A stretch of 64,000 nucleotides of DNA from Hamiltosporidium tvaerminnensis FI-OER-3-3 (GCA_022605425.2 JAKIMF020000007.1:1374880-1438879), one strand, 5' to 3'. Numbered from the stretch's first letter, positions 39,401 to 54,917 are shown. Numbers and translations are program-made. The notes: generated by a model not told the origin, from the letters alone.

Positions 39401-41603
39401 AAATGTTGTAAAATTGGTTTATATTATCTATTATATGTCTATATTTATGTAAAAAAAACATTATAATTTATTTAAATCAATTTCTATACCTCCCGGTTTA
39501 TTAAATACATTTCTTAGTTATTCCTTCAAATCAAATTATAAACATTTAAATCTTTTGCAATTAGTTAATCTATATTTCTTAGTTTAATAATCAGGTTTTA
39601 TTTTATAAAATTTACTTTCTAAATATAATACAATTTAAGAGAGTTACTATATCTCATGGTGTCTTAAATTACATTTGAGATATTTTATTTATTTACAACA
39701 ATAGTCTTTTATTATGCAAAGAATAAAATCGATCCTTATAATACAAGTGGGGACAAAGTAACTCATATATTTAATGACTTTCCGCTAAGGTATATCATAA
39801 AAATAGATAATACATATTCATATTAGAATATATATAGCTTAAGCATAATCATTTTTCCAAGAATACAACACTTTAAAGAGCCTAAATCACATTATATATC
39901 ATAAAGATCACGATTCTAGTTGTAGATAAAAAGACGAATAGATGATTTAAATGAAACAAGTATTATGATACAGCTTAAGTGTGGTTGCTGGTTTTTTAAA
40001 AGGTTTTAATTTAAACACAAAATAATATTTTATAGATTGTTTATGGTATAGTTATCCACTCTGAAACTTTGCGAATATGCAAATCCGTCTATGAATGTAA
40101 TTCTTAACCATTGAGTATATATAAAAGGCGTTTCTGATATTGGTAAAGTTATTTTTAAATACATTTTAAGTAAACGAATTTACTTTGTTCGTAAATCCGA
40201 TTTTGAACAAGATCGAATGAGTTCTTAGACACCCCATTTGAATCCTAAATAATTTACACAGGCAAATAGCCTTACATACTATTTCCATGATAAAAACAAG
40301 CCTGGGTAGTTTAAAATGTATTAATTTGCTGCGAATTTTTCGGAAAATATACAGTAGTTGATTGTGGAACTAGTGTCTTTCGTTCTACATTAAGTTAAAT
40401 CTTTATAGAGTGGATCGGCTAATAGAGGTTTAAGAACAAGATAGTGCTAAGTTACGTGTAGAGAATACCGAATATAAAAAATCCAAGCATAATCATATTA
40501 TTTTTTTACATTTTAAACCATCTTCTTTTTTTTATATTTAAAGTATATAACCCATAACTAATGGTATAATATAAATCCACGAACTTAATAAATAGAAATT
40601 TTATTTAGTGAAATAGAATAGACGCCTATTTTCACAAACAAACTTAATTAATTATAATATAAGACTCATCTATAAATACATTTTGTTATCAATGTATCCT
40701 TGATTTTATTATTTCATTCATTTAAATGAATTTCTGAAAAGTTTGAAATGAATTTCTAGCTTTACATACAAATAAGAGAAATATATATTAGTCATATGTA
40801 AAAAACGAGTATTTAATTTAGTTTAAAATAAACCAAATTTATTTAAGGTTTACCTATCGCTAAAATAAGATAAAATATCTCGTAAATATTCTATAATTCA
40901 AATATTATATTTTATGTACGACTTCATAACCATTGTAACATTTAAAAGCATACAAAATTAAACTATTTTAAGAATAAGTTGTATAATTTTTTTTAAAAAA
41001 CAGAAATGGGTTAAGAAAATTAAAATTGATATACTTAGCGTAAAAACATCTATTTAAATTTGGTTTTATTATTCTATTACTATATAAACACATTTATGAC
41101 TCAAGATATTTTATTTAGTATCAATTTTATTAAACTTCAATTCTGTAAATCTCTACCATATAATATATAATTTTTTAAAAAAAACTTAGCATTATCTAAA
41201 AGAATCAATATACTTATAATAAAAACAATTTAAGTCAGTCAAATAAGGCACATATTAAAATAAAAACCATTTTTTTATATGGATATATTAAGGTGATTTA
41301 AATATTAACACAGCTAATATAGATATATGTATATGAATAATAAATGCATGTCTATATAAATATAGGCAATATTTAATATATTAGATTAAAAGCAATATTT
41401 TTACATTTCTCTTCTTTTCGCTTCAAAATAGCATACAAGATATTTTAAATACTTTTTCAGATCAAGTACTTTCTCTTCCTTAGCTTTATATTCTTTTAAA
41501 GCCAAAGAAGCAATCCATATATAATAGGTGGCATTTTCTCAATTTTCGGAAAGTACTAGAATGAGGTTATATAGAAATCAAAAGTTACTTCTGAATACCC
41601 TAT

Positions 41604-41744
41604 ATGATAAATGTCTCACTCAATATATTGAAGGCTTTTAATAACAATTTCGGAAATTTTAATAAGGCTATATTTAGATCGAATACGACGTATTATGACC
41701 AAGATAAGAAATTATATTTATAGGATGGTGATTATAGTTTTTAA
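41604..41744 (+). CDS. Microprotein paralogue, 39 aa (TAG seven codons early)
   Basis: MINVSLNILKAFNNNFGNFNKAIFRSNTTYYDQDKKLYL*; CCC upstream of the ATG. Confidence 0.4.
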
Positions 41745-42084
41745 TAGTTCCAATGTAATAAATAAACAAAAAAAAGACCTAATACCTTACCAGCAAAAAC
41801 TTCCAATTATGGTAAATTTTATAAGTTTATTAAGGTTGGTCATTTAAAATGCTATAAGAAGAAATACCATTAAAGCATATGCGTATTTTTAACGATTTAA
41901 AAATAAATAAAGAATTTTTTGAAAAATTACTAAAAATAAATAGCATTCATAATTATTCAAAAAAGTTGTAAAATTTTAAAAAAAAATTATTTTTTGAAGA
42001 AAAAAAAGCTAAACTTTTAGAAAATTATATGGGATGTGAAAAAATTGCTAAATTATAGATTTTTAAAAAACTTGATACCTAAAT

Positions 42085-45000
42085 AAATATAAAATGAATC
42101 CATAAAAATAGTACACAATTCCAAAATTAAATGAAAAAATGTAGAAAACATAATAATTTATACATAGGTTTGAAAATATAAATAATACGCTTAAATCTAT
42201 ACAAAACATACAGAAAAAAATAGAACTGGCTTGAAAAAATAGTAACTAATAATAAAAGTTGTAAAATACTAAAGCATAAAAAATTTCAGAGATTCGAAAA
42301 AACCATATAATGTTTTTAAAAACGTTTTTTTTTGAATGTATAACAAAGAAAAAACATTTCTTTAAAATGTAAAATATACACAAAATAAAAAAATGTAAAC
42401 ATTCGGAACTTTTATAGGATCAAATTTTCAAAAAAAGACAATTTCTAAGTAACTTTGATTTAAATATTTAAACATCCACAGATAGAATAAAGATATTTTT
42501 AAACTCAAATGTGTAATTCATCCAAAACCCTTCAGGGTTAGGGTGATCACTCTAAGAGATAATACGAATGAAATCAAATTAAAAAAAAACTGAAAGCGAA
42601 ACAAAATTAATAGCTGTTTTGATCTAGATTTATTCTCCGATCAACCTTTTTGCTACACGTTTTTTACCCTAATCTACATTTTACTTCCCCCTAGGTTCCT
42701 TTCTTCCACTTTAACCTTAAAAATGTATCTCTATATACCATACCACTACTGCAATCTGTCCCATTCAACGCAAATAAATTATTTCAGACCAAGTGTTTTA
42801 TAAACATTACTCTTAAATACAGAATTTGAATACATAATTTACATTAAAAGAAAGATTACGAAACATACTAAAAACATCTACATAACTATATAAGTTAGAG
42901 TTTTCATTAATTTTTTTGTTTTAGGTTTTAGGATTACATGGAAAGGCAAGTTTTATTTTCTCCGTGACAACCGATTCGAATTTACACATTAAATTTTTTT
43001 TAGTAAAACATTTTTTTTTATTTTATTCTTATTTTTATACAAATTTATTTGCTGTAACAACTTTAGAAGAAATTCTTACGAAACTGTTTTTGATTATTAT
43101 ATCTACTATAATTGAATTTACCTTAATTTTTCAAATTTTTGGAGTTTAGAATTATCTAACTTCACCAGAGTTATATTATTACAAAAAGAAATCTAAATAT
43201 ATTATTAGATAAATAATAGTATTCCACAAATCATTTTTAAATCTAAATTTGTGTCTTTTCATAGTTATAGAATCTAAGAAAAAGTAAATTTTCAAGCAAA
43301 ATAAATTTAAAAGCAAAATAATTTTTATTTATAAAAATTTTAAGTAGAAAAGGATTGGTGGCAAACATTACAATCACATTATTACTCGTGAATTATTGAC
43401 GAAACCAATTTTATAAGGAAAAACAAACATGGTTTCTTACGATAGGGTAGGAAAAAATAAAATCAACTTTTACATAAGAGAATTATTTTTCTCAATTAAT
43501 TTCTATTTTTTTTACCCCAAATTTTATTCAACAAGAATAAAAAAATTAGAGAAAAAGAAAGAAAATTAGCCAAGGAAAAAAAGATTGTAGTTAGCGAAGA
43601 AAGATCTGTTCGACGAAAAAAGATTAGGAATTAAGTCAGGAGAATAAATCTGTTTTTGATGAGTAGATCGGGGCCAGCAAGTAAAAAAAAATATTTTGGG
43701 AAAAAAGACAGTAGTTAGGGAAAAGATTCTGATTCGGAAAAAGATTTAAGATAGCGAAAAAAAGGGTTATAAAGGAAGAAAATTACGTATGGGAAAGGAG
43801 AATTGGTTATAAAAACAGGTTGGGGAATGGTGTTTAGTTAAAGTGAAAAGGTTTGCTAAAGAAATAAAGTATTGGTTTTTAAAATGTAAAAAAGACCAAG
43901 GAAAGTTAAAATCTGTAGAAAAGAATCCGTTTTTAAGAAAAAGAACCGGCAGAAAGAAAATATCTAGTTGAGATCAATGGAGTCGGATAATTAATTGAAT
44001 ATTTGTTTTAAAGATACAAAATTTCAAAAAAGAAAGATATTTGAACAGAATAATTAAAAAAACTTGAGAAAAAAATAATTGTCTGAGAGGAAGAGCAAGT
44101 TTATGGCAAAAAGTAAATTAGGGCGGAAATAAATTACTTGACGAAAAAATATATTTAAAGATAAAATGATTATGGTCGTGGAAATGATGGAGCTTTTCGA
44201 GAATATATTTAAAATAAAGAAATTTAGGGGAAAAAATATTCTGTTATGTAGAACAGGCGCAAGGGTAAAAAGAATCGAGGTAGGGAAATAATAATAATGT
44301 TGGAGAAAAATGTTTGGATTGGGGGACTAAAAATTAGGGTAGGGAAAACTTTTTTGGAGTGTATGAAATTAATTAGTTGAGTGAAAAAAATTTTTGCTAT
44401 TTTTTAAAGCGTGTTTGGTTTTTAGAAATATTTGATTCTGCTTATGCTCCTAAAATATTGTAGAGCAGAGCAACAGTTTAAAGATTTTGGTTAGGGGAAC
44501 TATTTTGGTCTAATTACAATTAAATTCTTTCTTTTATTAATATTCAGCTGCTTTTTAATTTTTTTTTAATTTTCATTTGGAAAATTCTTTTTTAAAACGT
44601 AAATATTATTGGTGCCAAAGTCCAAGAGTAGTTTTATCAGGAAAAAATTAAGAATTCTGCTAAATTCAAATTATTACGCGTAGAAAATTATTTAATATTA
44701 GGAGTTTACCTTTTTAAAATTTTAGATGAATAAACTCAATACTTGTTTCTTTATTGTTAAATTTATTTTAATAAAAAATGCTTAAAGCCTTGCATTTCGA
44801 AGCTCTTTTATTTTTATATTCAAAAGAAATGTCGCTATTTTATTCATAAGGGTTTTTAATGTAAAAACAATGTCTGGATATTTTACTTACTTGGATAAAA
44901 GTACGAAAATCATAAAAAACTTTAAAAAAAGCGATTTCAATAGAGATTTAGGCATATATTCGTTCTATTTCTACTTATTGTATATTCTTACTAAAAGAGA

Positions 45001-48000
45001 AACTAAAATTTTCTATGCTCGAGCCAAAAAAAAGCCATTTTAATTTAATTTGAAAAGAATTGAAATATTTCATGCAAATCACAATAGCTAGCTCAGAAAA
45101 GCAAAATTAAGAGTTAATTTATTAGAAAGTGCATAAAGCACTTAATACCATTCTAATTTAAAATTTTTGCTTCTACTGACCTGGGTGAGCGAAATACTTG
45201 AGAAATATAGTAAAGAAAATAATATTTACCTAATCTGTAGCAGTGAAATACTTGAGAAAGTTAGTTTAGAAAAACATTAAAGAAATATACGTTTCGATTA
45301 ACTTTTCAATGTCTTTATATAAGTTCTGTAACATAGCTAGCAACAAAGTATGTAATACCTTTAGAAAGATGAAACGAACACATTTATTTATATAGAAATG
45401 TAAATATATAAGAATCACACATATGCAAAATATTATAAAAGACCTATTGTTTTAGATTGTGATTGAATTAAGCACTTAAAATCATACAATCAAAATTGTA
45501 GATATTGTAAACAATAAATTACGGTTGTTCGTAAAATGATTTAAGATTTTTTTGAACAGTATTTTGATATAATTTCATTGTAGTGGGTAAATATTTCCAA
45601 ACGACTTTTCTAACTAAATAGGTAGTGTTGTCCTAGTATTTGGCTCATTGCCTTAAAGTTCTTTTAAATACAATTGATGTTGTTCGTAAGTGTATCTTAG
45701 CATTATAAAGTGATTAAAACCATGCATTTCGAATTCTTTGATTTTTTAACAAAATCGATTGTTGTTCAGGACATCTATATTGAAGCAAGTATAGAATTAC
45801 GTAAATAAATTTGCATAAGTCTTTCTATAATCCAGCAATTAGGATATAAACAGATACAGCAAATATAGCTGCAAATATTAAAGAGAATGGATATCTGTGA
45901 ACGGTGACATTTGGTATATTTGGCTTCCACTTCAGTACAGTCATAGCTCTTGTAGTTTAAAGGATGAAGAGCTTTTCCTATAGAGCATCCGATATTTCAA
46001 ACATATTCTTGAAGGTAATCCGTAGAAGATGCTACAAAATGAAAAACCCTTGCCTATTTATACTTTTAAATTTTTTTACAATCAATGTCACATAGAATCA
46101 AATTTCATTTAATTCGTTCAGTATCTTGATAGATATTCTTCCAAAGAAATCTATCTAATTACAATATGAGTTAACTCAAGTCACAATTGTTAATTATACC
46201 ATCCACTGTTTACCCTTCTAAACCATTTTAATGTATAACAATACTTATTTAAATTATGTTCTTGGCTTCTTTTAAATCATACTAAGATATTTTTATTAGT
46301 ATATTCCTACATATATAATTTTCTTCATATTCTATTTCATATCTGAATTTTTACATTGCATAAATTTAAATAAAAAGAAAGAAATTATAAAAATAGCTGT
46401 AAAATGAATTAATTTCAAACAATGTATTATCTAAAAAAAATTTATTGTTTAATACGTATAGAGATATATTTAAAATAATTGCTACATGGAATCTTCTAAA
46501 TTAGTAATAATAATTTAAAAAAAATTAAAATATTTATTTGTTAAGATGCATATCATTTAACTAAAGTTTTATTTTTATCAAAAGTACTAAAACCAGGAAA
46601 GCTTTGGATGAGCGAATATACATTCACTAAAATTCTAATTTTTTATTCTTTATTGTAATATTGTCAGTATGAGAAAAGGCACATTATTTATTCTCTGTTT
46701 TCTTTAAAATCAATATAAATAAAATAGTATTCAAACAAAAAGAAGCATATAGACCTATGAGTTTGGAATTTTTTTAACGCAAAAAGTACTAAAAAATATA
46801 CATTTAAAAATATTTCTTCAAAACAGCATTACCTTTAAATTTTTAGAAAATATAAAATATGTTTAATCTTCTAACACAAACCAAAAAATAATATAAGATA
46901 ATATATAATACAAACTTTGTATTGAGTCCAAACGGCTTATTTAAGCGTTAATAGCTCAAACCATTTACGAAGATTTCTATAATAAGAAGAACACATTTTA
47001 TCAAGAAGAAAGCAATTCAATCATAGAGCACACAATTCACTCATATATCATGAGGAACAAATAAATTTTCTTAAAGTTTAAAAGAAATAGTCGAGCAAAT
47101 ATACAAAAGTAATGTTTTTTGATGTAAAGTAAATAAAATCTATTAATTTTTAAAATTATAACTTATAAATTCAATTATATTATTTTATCTTTTTCTTTAT
47201 AATATACAACTTTACCTCGAATTTTTTGAAATAGGCAAATGCGCCTCATAATTGCGTTATTTGCCTTCGCGTTATGAAAATTCCAGTTAATGATATTGAG
47301 AATTTATCTACCAATATATTATGAGTGAATTCATTAAATTATTTAGTTAATTTTGACTTCAAACAAGATCAGATGAGTTCTTTGAGAATACCCTTTAAAC
47401 AAAGGTAAAATGTGTAAATAACCTTAGATATGCCATTCCATAATTCGAATCAGCTTGGATAGTTTGAGATAATATATTACAGGTGCAAATATTCTAGTAA
47501 AAATATATCAGCTGGTTGTGGCATAAGTTCTATTCCTCTAAATTGGTTTAATCTTTATTCATATAAGGAAGAATCAGAAGTTTCAAAATGAAAAAGTACT
47601 AATTTACTTGTAAAAGATGCCACAACATTTAGAACTGAAGCTCATTTATAGTTTTAGTGATTATGTATACCTAATTGTCTCTATTATTACATTTTAAGCA
47701 GACAAACCGTAATTCGAAATAATTAGCTATAAATCGACAAACAAGATCATCGAAATTTTATTTGTAGTATTATAAATATTTCCTTCTTTAAATTATAAGA
47801 CCTATTTATACCTATCTTTCAAATCAATATCTATTATTTATACTTATCTTTCTAAATTTATATTCACCTTATAAATATATTTAGATATTAAAATGATATA
47901 ACCCTTGCTTATTTCGGACTAGTATAGATAGCTCATTAATTTTTGAAGATTTCATTGTAGATTAATATAGAATTACGAGAAAGTATATTAAAAATTAGTT

Positions 48001-49480
48001 ATATTAATTAGGTATGAGCCGAACTAAATTTAATTAAAGTTTAACTTTCTTATAATCATATCAAAATATTATTTACATTATTTTATTTTGGCTTTATTTC
48101 TTGTTTTAATATATATACTTAATAAAAATAGTTACAATCTAAAGACTAAAAAGAATATATAAAACGAACTATTTTAAAAAGTATTGTAACAATTGTCTTT
48201 CAATTAGGCAAATAACTTAAGAGTACTTAATTTTACATAAATTGGATGCAAAGATTTATTAGAATTTGGTTTTAATATAGAAGTAGCATGATAAAAAGTT
48301 TTCTGTATCACTTCATGACAGTTTACTGTACTATATATATTATTTTAAAGTCTAATTTAATTTAAAATTAGATATAAATTAAAAATATACTTAACATATT
48401 TAAATCGAATTAATACATGTATAATTATAATGATTTAAGTTATTTAAATCTCACTATATATTTTAAAATGAAATATTTATTTCTATATATATTTAAATGA
48501 ATCAAATATCAGAGTTCATTATACTATAAATTGTATTATATATTAGTAAATCAAAGCCATTAAAAATCCAAAGAATAACATATATATTCCAACAATAGCA
48601 ATAGTATTACATTTCTCATTAATCACTCGAAAGTATTATACATGATATTTGAATACTTTTCGTATTTATATCTTTTTTTTTTAATTAGCTTTATATTCTG
48701 TTTAAGAAATTGTAAAAAGGCATATATAATATGCGCTATAACTGTTTGATTAATTTAAGGAAAGGTAAATAGTAAAGGTTATTTTGAAATCTATAGTTAC
48801 GTATGAATCTCTTATATGATTAATGTTTCCAACAATATACTGCGGGCTTTTCGAAACGAGTTAACCAAATTTAATCCAGCCATATTTAGGTTGAACACAA
48901 CTTATTATGACCAAGATTATAAAACCTCGTTTTTAAATAGTGAGTGAGGGTTTTAATAGTACGACTGTTCCAATAAAGCAAAAAAAACCAACCATTACCT
49001 TACACACAAAAACTTCCAATTATAGTAAATTTTAAAAGTTTATTAGGGTTAACCTCTTAATATAATATCAGAAGAGAAAATACTTACTTATATTTACGAA
49101 TATTACATATTGATATTAAATAATGAATTTGAAGTTAAATGAATATAAAATGAATAAATAACAGAAATTTTATACATTATTTAGCCATAAATATTACTTT
49201 GAAACATAAATTACTCATTGAAATGACCTGAATTATTTTACATGACCCAAACAAGTGATTGATTAAGTAACGACTTGAATTTGTAAATGAATAAGAAAAG
49301 AATGAAGTAAAATAAATGTAACAGAATTAAAAAAAGTCATTTCGAAAAAAAAACAACCAAAAAACTAAAAAATGTATATACAGCTATAACTAAAATGAGT
49401 TTTAGCAAAAAAAATTTGATATAAGTAAATTTTTAAATTAAGAAAACACAGCCAAAATGAATAATAAACTAAAAAAATGT
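42085..49480. repeat. Segmental duplication A, copy 2 (cassette 3)
   Basis: Direct-orientation paralogue of 11470-18830. Confidence 0.92.
48816..48956 (+). CDS. Microprotein paralogue, 43 aa (TGA three codons early)
   Basis: MINVSNNILRAFRNELTKFNPAIFRLNTTYYDQDYKTSFLNSE*; same register as the other copies. Confidence 0.4.
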
Positions 49481-50583
49481 ACGAAAGAAATATCGGTAAC
49501 TGTAATCTAACATATAATCTCTTTTTATGCAAGAAAAATATTATATTTTAACATCTATAAACAAAAGTATTTATTTAAACATAAATAACGAACTATATAC
49601 CAATTTACATTAAAGTAACGACTTTATAAATTTTATATAACATAAATTTACTCAAAACAAGTAAAGGATAAACTAGGACTAGAATTTCAATAGAACGATT
49701 GAACGAAAATATTTGAATTTAATTAAAAGCACATGAAAATAGTTAGAAACAAATATATAATAAAAACAAGTACATTTTTTAACTATGTAAGACACATTAC
49801 AATTCAAAGACTAATATACAATAAAATTATATTTACAAAAATATACATGACTTAATACAAATTATAGAAAAGGTAATTAAATAAGGAGTAAAAAACCCTA
49901 CTAAAGTATTCTACCCAAAAAATATGCATTTAGCAAATCTCCATAGTATTCTACAGAATATTAAAGAATTTAAAATCAAAATTTTAAAGTTCAAAAAAAT
50001 TATTGTGAATTAATCAAAGCAAACACATAAGCTATAATTATCTTAAAGATTTATATCACATCTTACACGCCTTTAAAATTGGGTTATAAAAAAATAGTAT
50101 AAAAACAAAATTAATACAAATAATATGTAAGAAAAGTATATATTTTAAACATAAAAAGTTAGATTAGATAAAAAAATAGAATGCTAATAGACATAAAATT
50201 AGATCTATAAGCTAAAAGAATCTATGAGATATTCAAATTAAGAACGACATTGTAGTTCGATAGGATTAATTTTATTTGCGAAATAATGCTCGATAAATAA
50301 ATAGTACGACTAGAACTTTCTATATTAGAATACATATTTTTTAGTGAAATAACTTAAATTGTGAAAATAAATAGAATAATAATTTAAATGATATAAACCG
50401 TAAAATGAAAAATAATATTACATAAGTTTAAAGTAACTGAATATCAGCGTTAACGAAAAATATATAATAGCTGCATAAACCAAAACCATTAAATGAATTT
50501 AAACTATACAATATTTTTAATAAAGGAGTAAGTGTTGTACTTTTTCATAAAATTGCTTAGTTCTAGGTTTGACATCAGTGACT

Positions 50584-52520
50584 GGACCTAACACTCCATC
50601 GTTACCTTTAGAATATCTAAATCCCAAAGCATTTTATCTTTAATAGCTTAAGACTTATTTAATAAGCAATTTAGTTGCTTCGAGTTTGTTAATATCTGTT
50701 GCGGAGGTGTGATCGTATGCAAAACTCAACTAGAATTGTACCTTTACACACCCTGCAGCATTTTAACTTAATATACACGTGCCAAATAAACTATCAGCTA
50801 GCTAAGATATATTTCGGCGAATTACACGAAAAAACCAGCGAAGATGCAATGCCATACCAACATAAATAACCCACGCAATCCCTTTTCAGTTTTAGAAGGG
50901 TTTATCTTTCTATTTCCAATTCGCAGAGTCTTCTAAAGCAGTTTTTAAGACTAGATTTTTAAATTTCTATGGATATTATCTATAAGTTCAAGTGCAGTTT
51001 ACAATTGAGCACAAGAAAAAAGCAAAAATATATTAATATAAAATTTTCGTGATTTTATGAACTTCTCCTTTTCATACGAACACCCATGTAACAAACGTAG
51101 AAGTAGTGTGGTTTTAATCACACCAAAAATCCAAAATATTGTCTTCACACCAGTTTAACCTACTCATTGCTAAGAAGAATGTTTTTTTTGTGACTATCCT
51201 CACACCGCCAAAAATATAATTTAAATTCATTATTTACGCTCCAAATAAAAACATTTGAATATTTATGATTTCAGCATAATAAAAGTACATATAAAAGTTT
51301 ATATAAATTTAGCTACTGGTTTTTCGATGAATTAGAAATAAATCGAAGTATTAAGATAATGTAACCATATAATATTGAAAAATAAAACGTTTTAACAGAA
51401 AAATCATTGAGGAAAAATATATGTATAAAATTTAGAATAAAATTTTTTTAAAATGTTTTAATAATCATATATTTGAACCAAATCTACTAAAATGAAATTT
51501 TAAAAAGTACGCTTTTCAATTTGAGAAACAGGGAAACAAAAATTAGAGATATTTACATGCCCCTAAATACGTTTTAATTCTTTATGTTTTCTCTTAGGTT
51601 TAAAGCAAATAAAAGAATGTTTTCAAAACAATTTAATTTCAGTATGTATTTTGAAAATTTCTATCGTTATATTTCTGATATCAAAATATTTTTTATTGAA
51701 GAAATTGGAATGAAGAGGTAACTCAAGAAATACGAACAAAAAGGAGGAAAACGGGTGTAATGGCTATATCAGTGAGGATGCAAGGTGTTTATTATATTCT
51801 CTGCTTCTTAATGGATTGTCCATCAAAATGAAGTTTTTTTTACGAATTATTCGTAGTTATAGTCAAGATATAAAATAATTAGATTATATTGTGATGTTAC
51901 TGGATATCTAGTACAACATCGTAAAGTTGTATGTAACAAATGATTGGAACATTTACCTTGATCTTTGATTATATTACACCTCAAAGCAGTTTTATATAAT
52001 ATTGAATTTAATCAAAAGAGTTCTTTTTTTGATTTGTGCAAAATTTCTCGTACCACTTACTCGGAAAAGACGAAAGAGGCATGGCTAGGGGCTAGTAAGC
52101 AGTTTGTACACACGGCCGTTTATATTGGCCTAGAATCAAAGCTAGGGTTTTATGAAAAGTATTTGGAAATTTTGAAGAATTTTGAAATGTATATCAACAG
52201 TTAGCAAGATCACACTGCAATCTCGGCTAAAACCTAACACAATTTGGAAATTTTCGGGGTGGTAGAACCAAAAGCATGTATCGTTTTTGAGATGTAAAAA
52301 ACGGAAGTTTTGTGTGTCAAGTAATCTAATTCCCTTGAAATATTTATTTTGAAGGTGAAATCGAAATACTTAATTCGAATATTTATCGAATTGAAATTAA
52401 AAATGCAATTGAATATATTTTGAAGGCTAGAAGATTTTAATTGAAGAAAATTTCTTTGGAACCTCTTGGAATTGATTTCAGAAAAGGCGGAAATATTGAC
52501 TGGGTTTGAATGAAGAGGAA
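50584..52520 (+). pseudogene. Paralogous decayed coding sequence (includes ORF 51965..52204)
   Basis: IILHLKAVLYNIEFNQKSSF matches IILLPKAFFIRKFYPKSSF near 38760; broken frames. Confidence 0.55.
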
Positions 52521-54737
52521 GTAAAAGAATCTTTATGTTTTAGGAAATGTTAGTAAAATATTTTAAAATTTGCCTTATATTATCTTTGAAATATCTGATT
52601 CATATAAAAAAAATTTAATTTTTAAATTAATCTTTACACTCCCTGATTTGTTTAATTATTCTGTTTGTTATTCGTTCGTATCTAATTTTATACTTCAGTC
52701 CGTTGCAATTAGTTAATCTATATTTATAGGTTTTATATCCGAAGATTTCTTTTATTAAATTTAACATTCCTAATTCCTTGGATTAAACGCCTTGATATAT
52801 TTCTTGATTCTTGAATTATTTTTGAAATATTCTCACGAAAAATATTTTGTTTAGCAAAACAAAAGTCTTCCATTTCAACCAAAGAAATTCAATCGATCTT
52901 TATAATACATGTTAGTACAGTTTTAATTCATTAATATATTCAATAAGGTTTGCTATATCTTAAAATAGATAATTTAAGTTTCGTTGTGGAATAAATATAT
53001 TGTAAGAATTACCCATTTATTCAAAAGACCGGAATTTTTCATAAGCCCAGAGTCATTTATATATCATAACTATTGCGTGTGTAGTTATAGAAAAAAAATG
53101 AAAGCGATTAGTTTAAATAAAAAAGTATTATGATTAATGCTAAACTATAATTATTGGTTTTTTATTGGGTATAAGTTTAAACAAAACAAAATTGTCTATG
53201 AATATAATTTTAATATCGTAATTTACTCGAAGATTTGCGAATAGCTAAATCTGTATTTAAAGATAACTTTTGGTCTCGGAGTTTATGAAACAGGTGTGTC
53301 TGTTATTTGTAAAATTATTTATAAATTCAACTAAGTGCTCGAATTTAATTTTTCCGTTAAATCCGATCGCATAAAATCTCATGAGTTTTTATACATTTCT
53401 TGAATCCCATAGGAGCTAAAGATTAAATAATCTTATATACTCTTTTCATAATACTAATCAGCTTAGGTAGTGTAAAATGTATAAATTTGCTGCTATTTTT
53501 TTAAAAAATATATTTAGTATTGTGCAACAGTTATTTTGTTCTAAACTAGGTTAAATCTTTATACAGTTGATTAGGTAATAGAAGTTTAATAATAAGATAG
53601 TGCTAAGTCACACTTAGAGGATACCAAAACTTAAAAAATCCAAGATTAATCATACCTATTAAAGTTTTCAATGTCTAATTGTGTTCTTTTTACATTTTAA
53701 GTGTACAAATCACAATTTGATAATATTTTATTTGAACAACAAACTCAATCAAAAATTTTATTTAGTAAATTAGAATAGACGTCTACTTTCACAAACATAC
53801 TTTATTTTTTTATATTATAAATAATATTCGTTTATAAATACATTTTTGAAATCAATGTATCTTTGATTCTATTATATTACTTAATTCAAATGAATTTCTG
53901 AAAAGTTTGAAAATTAATTCGTAGCTTTACATAGAAAAAATAAAAATATAAATTAAGCATATGTAAAAAACGAGTATTTAATTTAGTTTGAAATAAACAA
54001 ATTTATTTAAGATTTACCTATTTTAAAATAAAATTAAAATATCAGATAATATTCAATAATTCAAATATTATTTGTATTGTATGTACGACTTAATATACAA
54101 GTTTAACACCGAAACTAAACAAAATTAAACTATTTTAAGAATTAGTTGTAGAATTTTGTTTGAACAAAAGAATAGGTTAAGAAACTTAAAATTTGCATAT
54201 ATTTATGTAAAAACTTTTATTTGAATTTGGTTTTAATATATAAGTAGTATAATAGAAATCAAGTTTTTATTCAAGAGAATTTATCGTATTATGATTTTAT
54301 TTTAATCTAATTTTTTATATCTTACTGTATACTATATTTCCAAAAAAAAGACCTAACATGATTAAAAGCAATCAATATACTTATAATAAAAATAATTTAA
54401 GTCAGTATATTAAGCCTACATAGTAAAAAACAAAAAATTTTTTTATATGGATATATTAAGGCGAACTAAAAATTGAATCAATTTATATGGATTATAGTTA
54501 TATGAATAAAAAATCAATGTCTGTATAGATCGGGAGAATATCACATCAATATTGATAATAGCAATAATATTACAAAACTCCTAAATTTTCGTAAAAGTAG
54601 TATAAATGAAATTCAAATACCCTTTTCACTTGTATATCTTTCTTTCATATTATATTTGTATTTTTTTTGTGCTAAAGAAGCAATGCATACATAATACCTA
54701 GCAGTTCGCTCAATTTTCGAGAAAGTATCTAATATGA

Positions 54738-54776
54738 GGTTATATAGAAATCCAGAGTTACGCATAAATCCCATAT
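54738..54776 (+). promoter_or_regulatory. Candidate TATA-like plus CCC core promoter of the microORF
   Basis: GGTTATATAGAAATC ~35 nt upstream in four of five copies (GGTTATTTTGAAATC in the other); CCC or CC immediately before the ATG in four copies. Confidence 0.35.
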
Positions 54777-54917
54777 ATGATTAATGTTTCCATCAATATA
54801 TTGAATGCTTTTAAAAACAATTTCACGAAATTTAATACTGTCATATTTAGATCGAACACAACATATTATGACCAAGATAAAAAAATCTTATTTTTAGATA
54901 ATGAGTTAAGTTTTTAA
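54777..54917 (+). CDS. Candidate 46-aa microprotein MINVSINILNAFKNNFTKFNTVIFRSNTTYYDQDKKILFLDNELSF
   Basis: Open ATG..TAA; CCC 4 nt upstream of the ATG; four paralogues with third-position-biased differences. Confidence 0.5.
   Translation: MINVSINILNAFKNNFTKFNTVIFRSNTTYYDQDKKILFLDNELSF

Larger units (their letters stand above)
37330..41850. repeat. Segmental duplication B, copy 1 (cassette 2)
   Basis: Colinear with ~50540-55030 (offset ~13.2 kb), e.g. GAAATTGGAATGAAGA.GTAACTCAAGAAAT and CATATGTAAAAAACGAGTATTTAATTTAGTTT. Confidence 0.9.
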
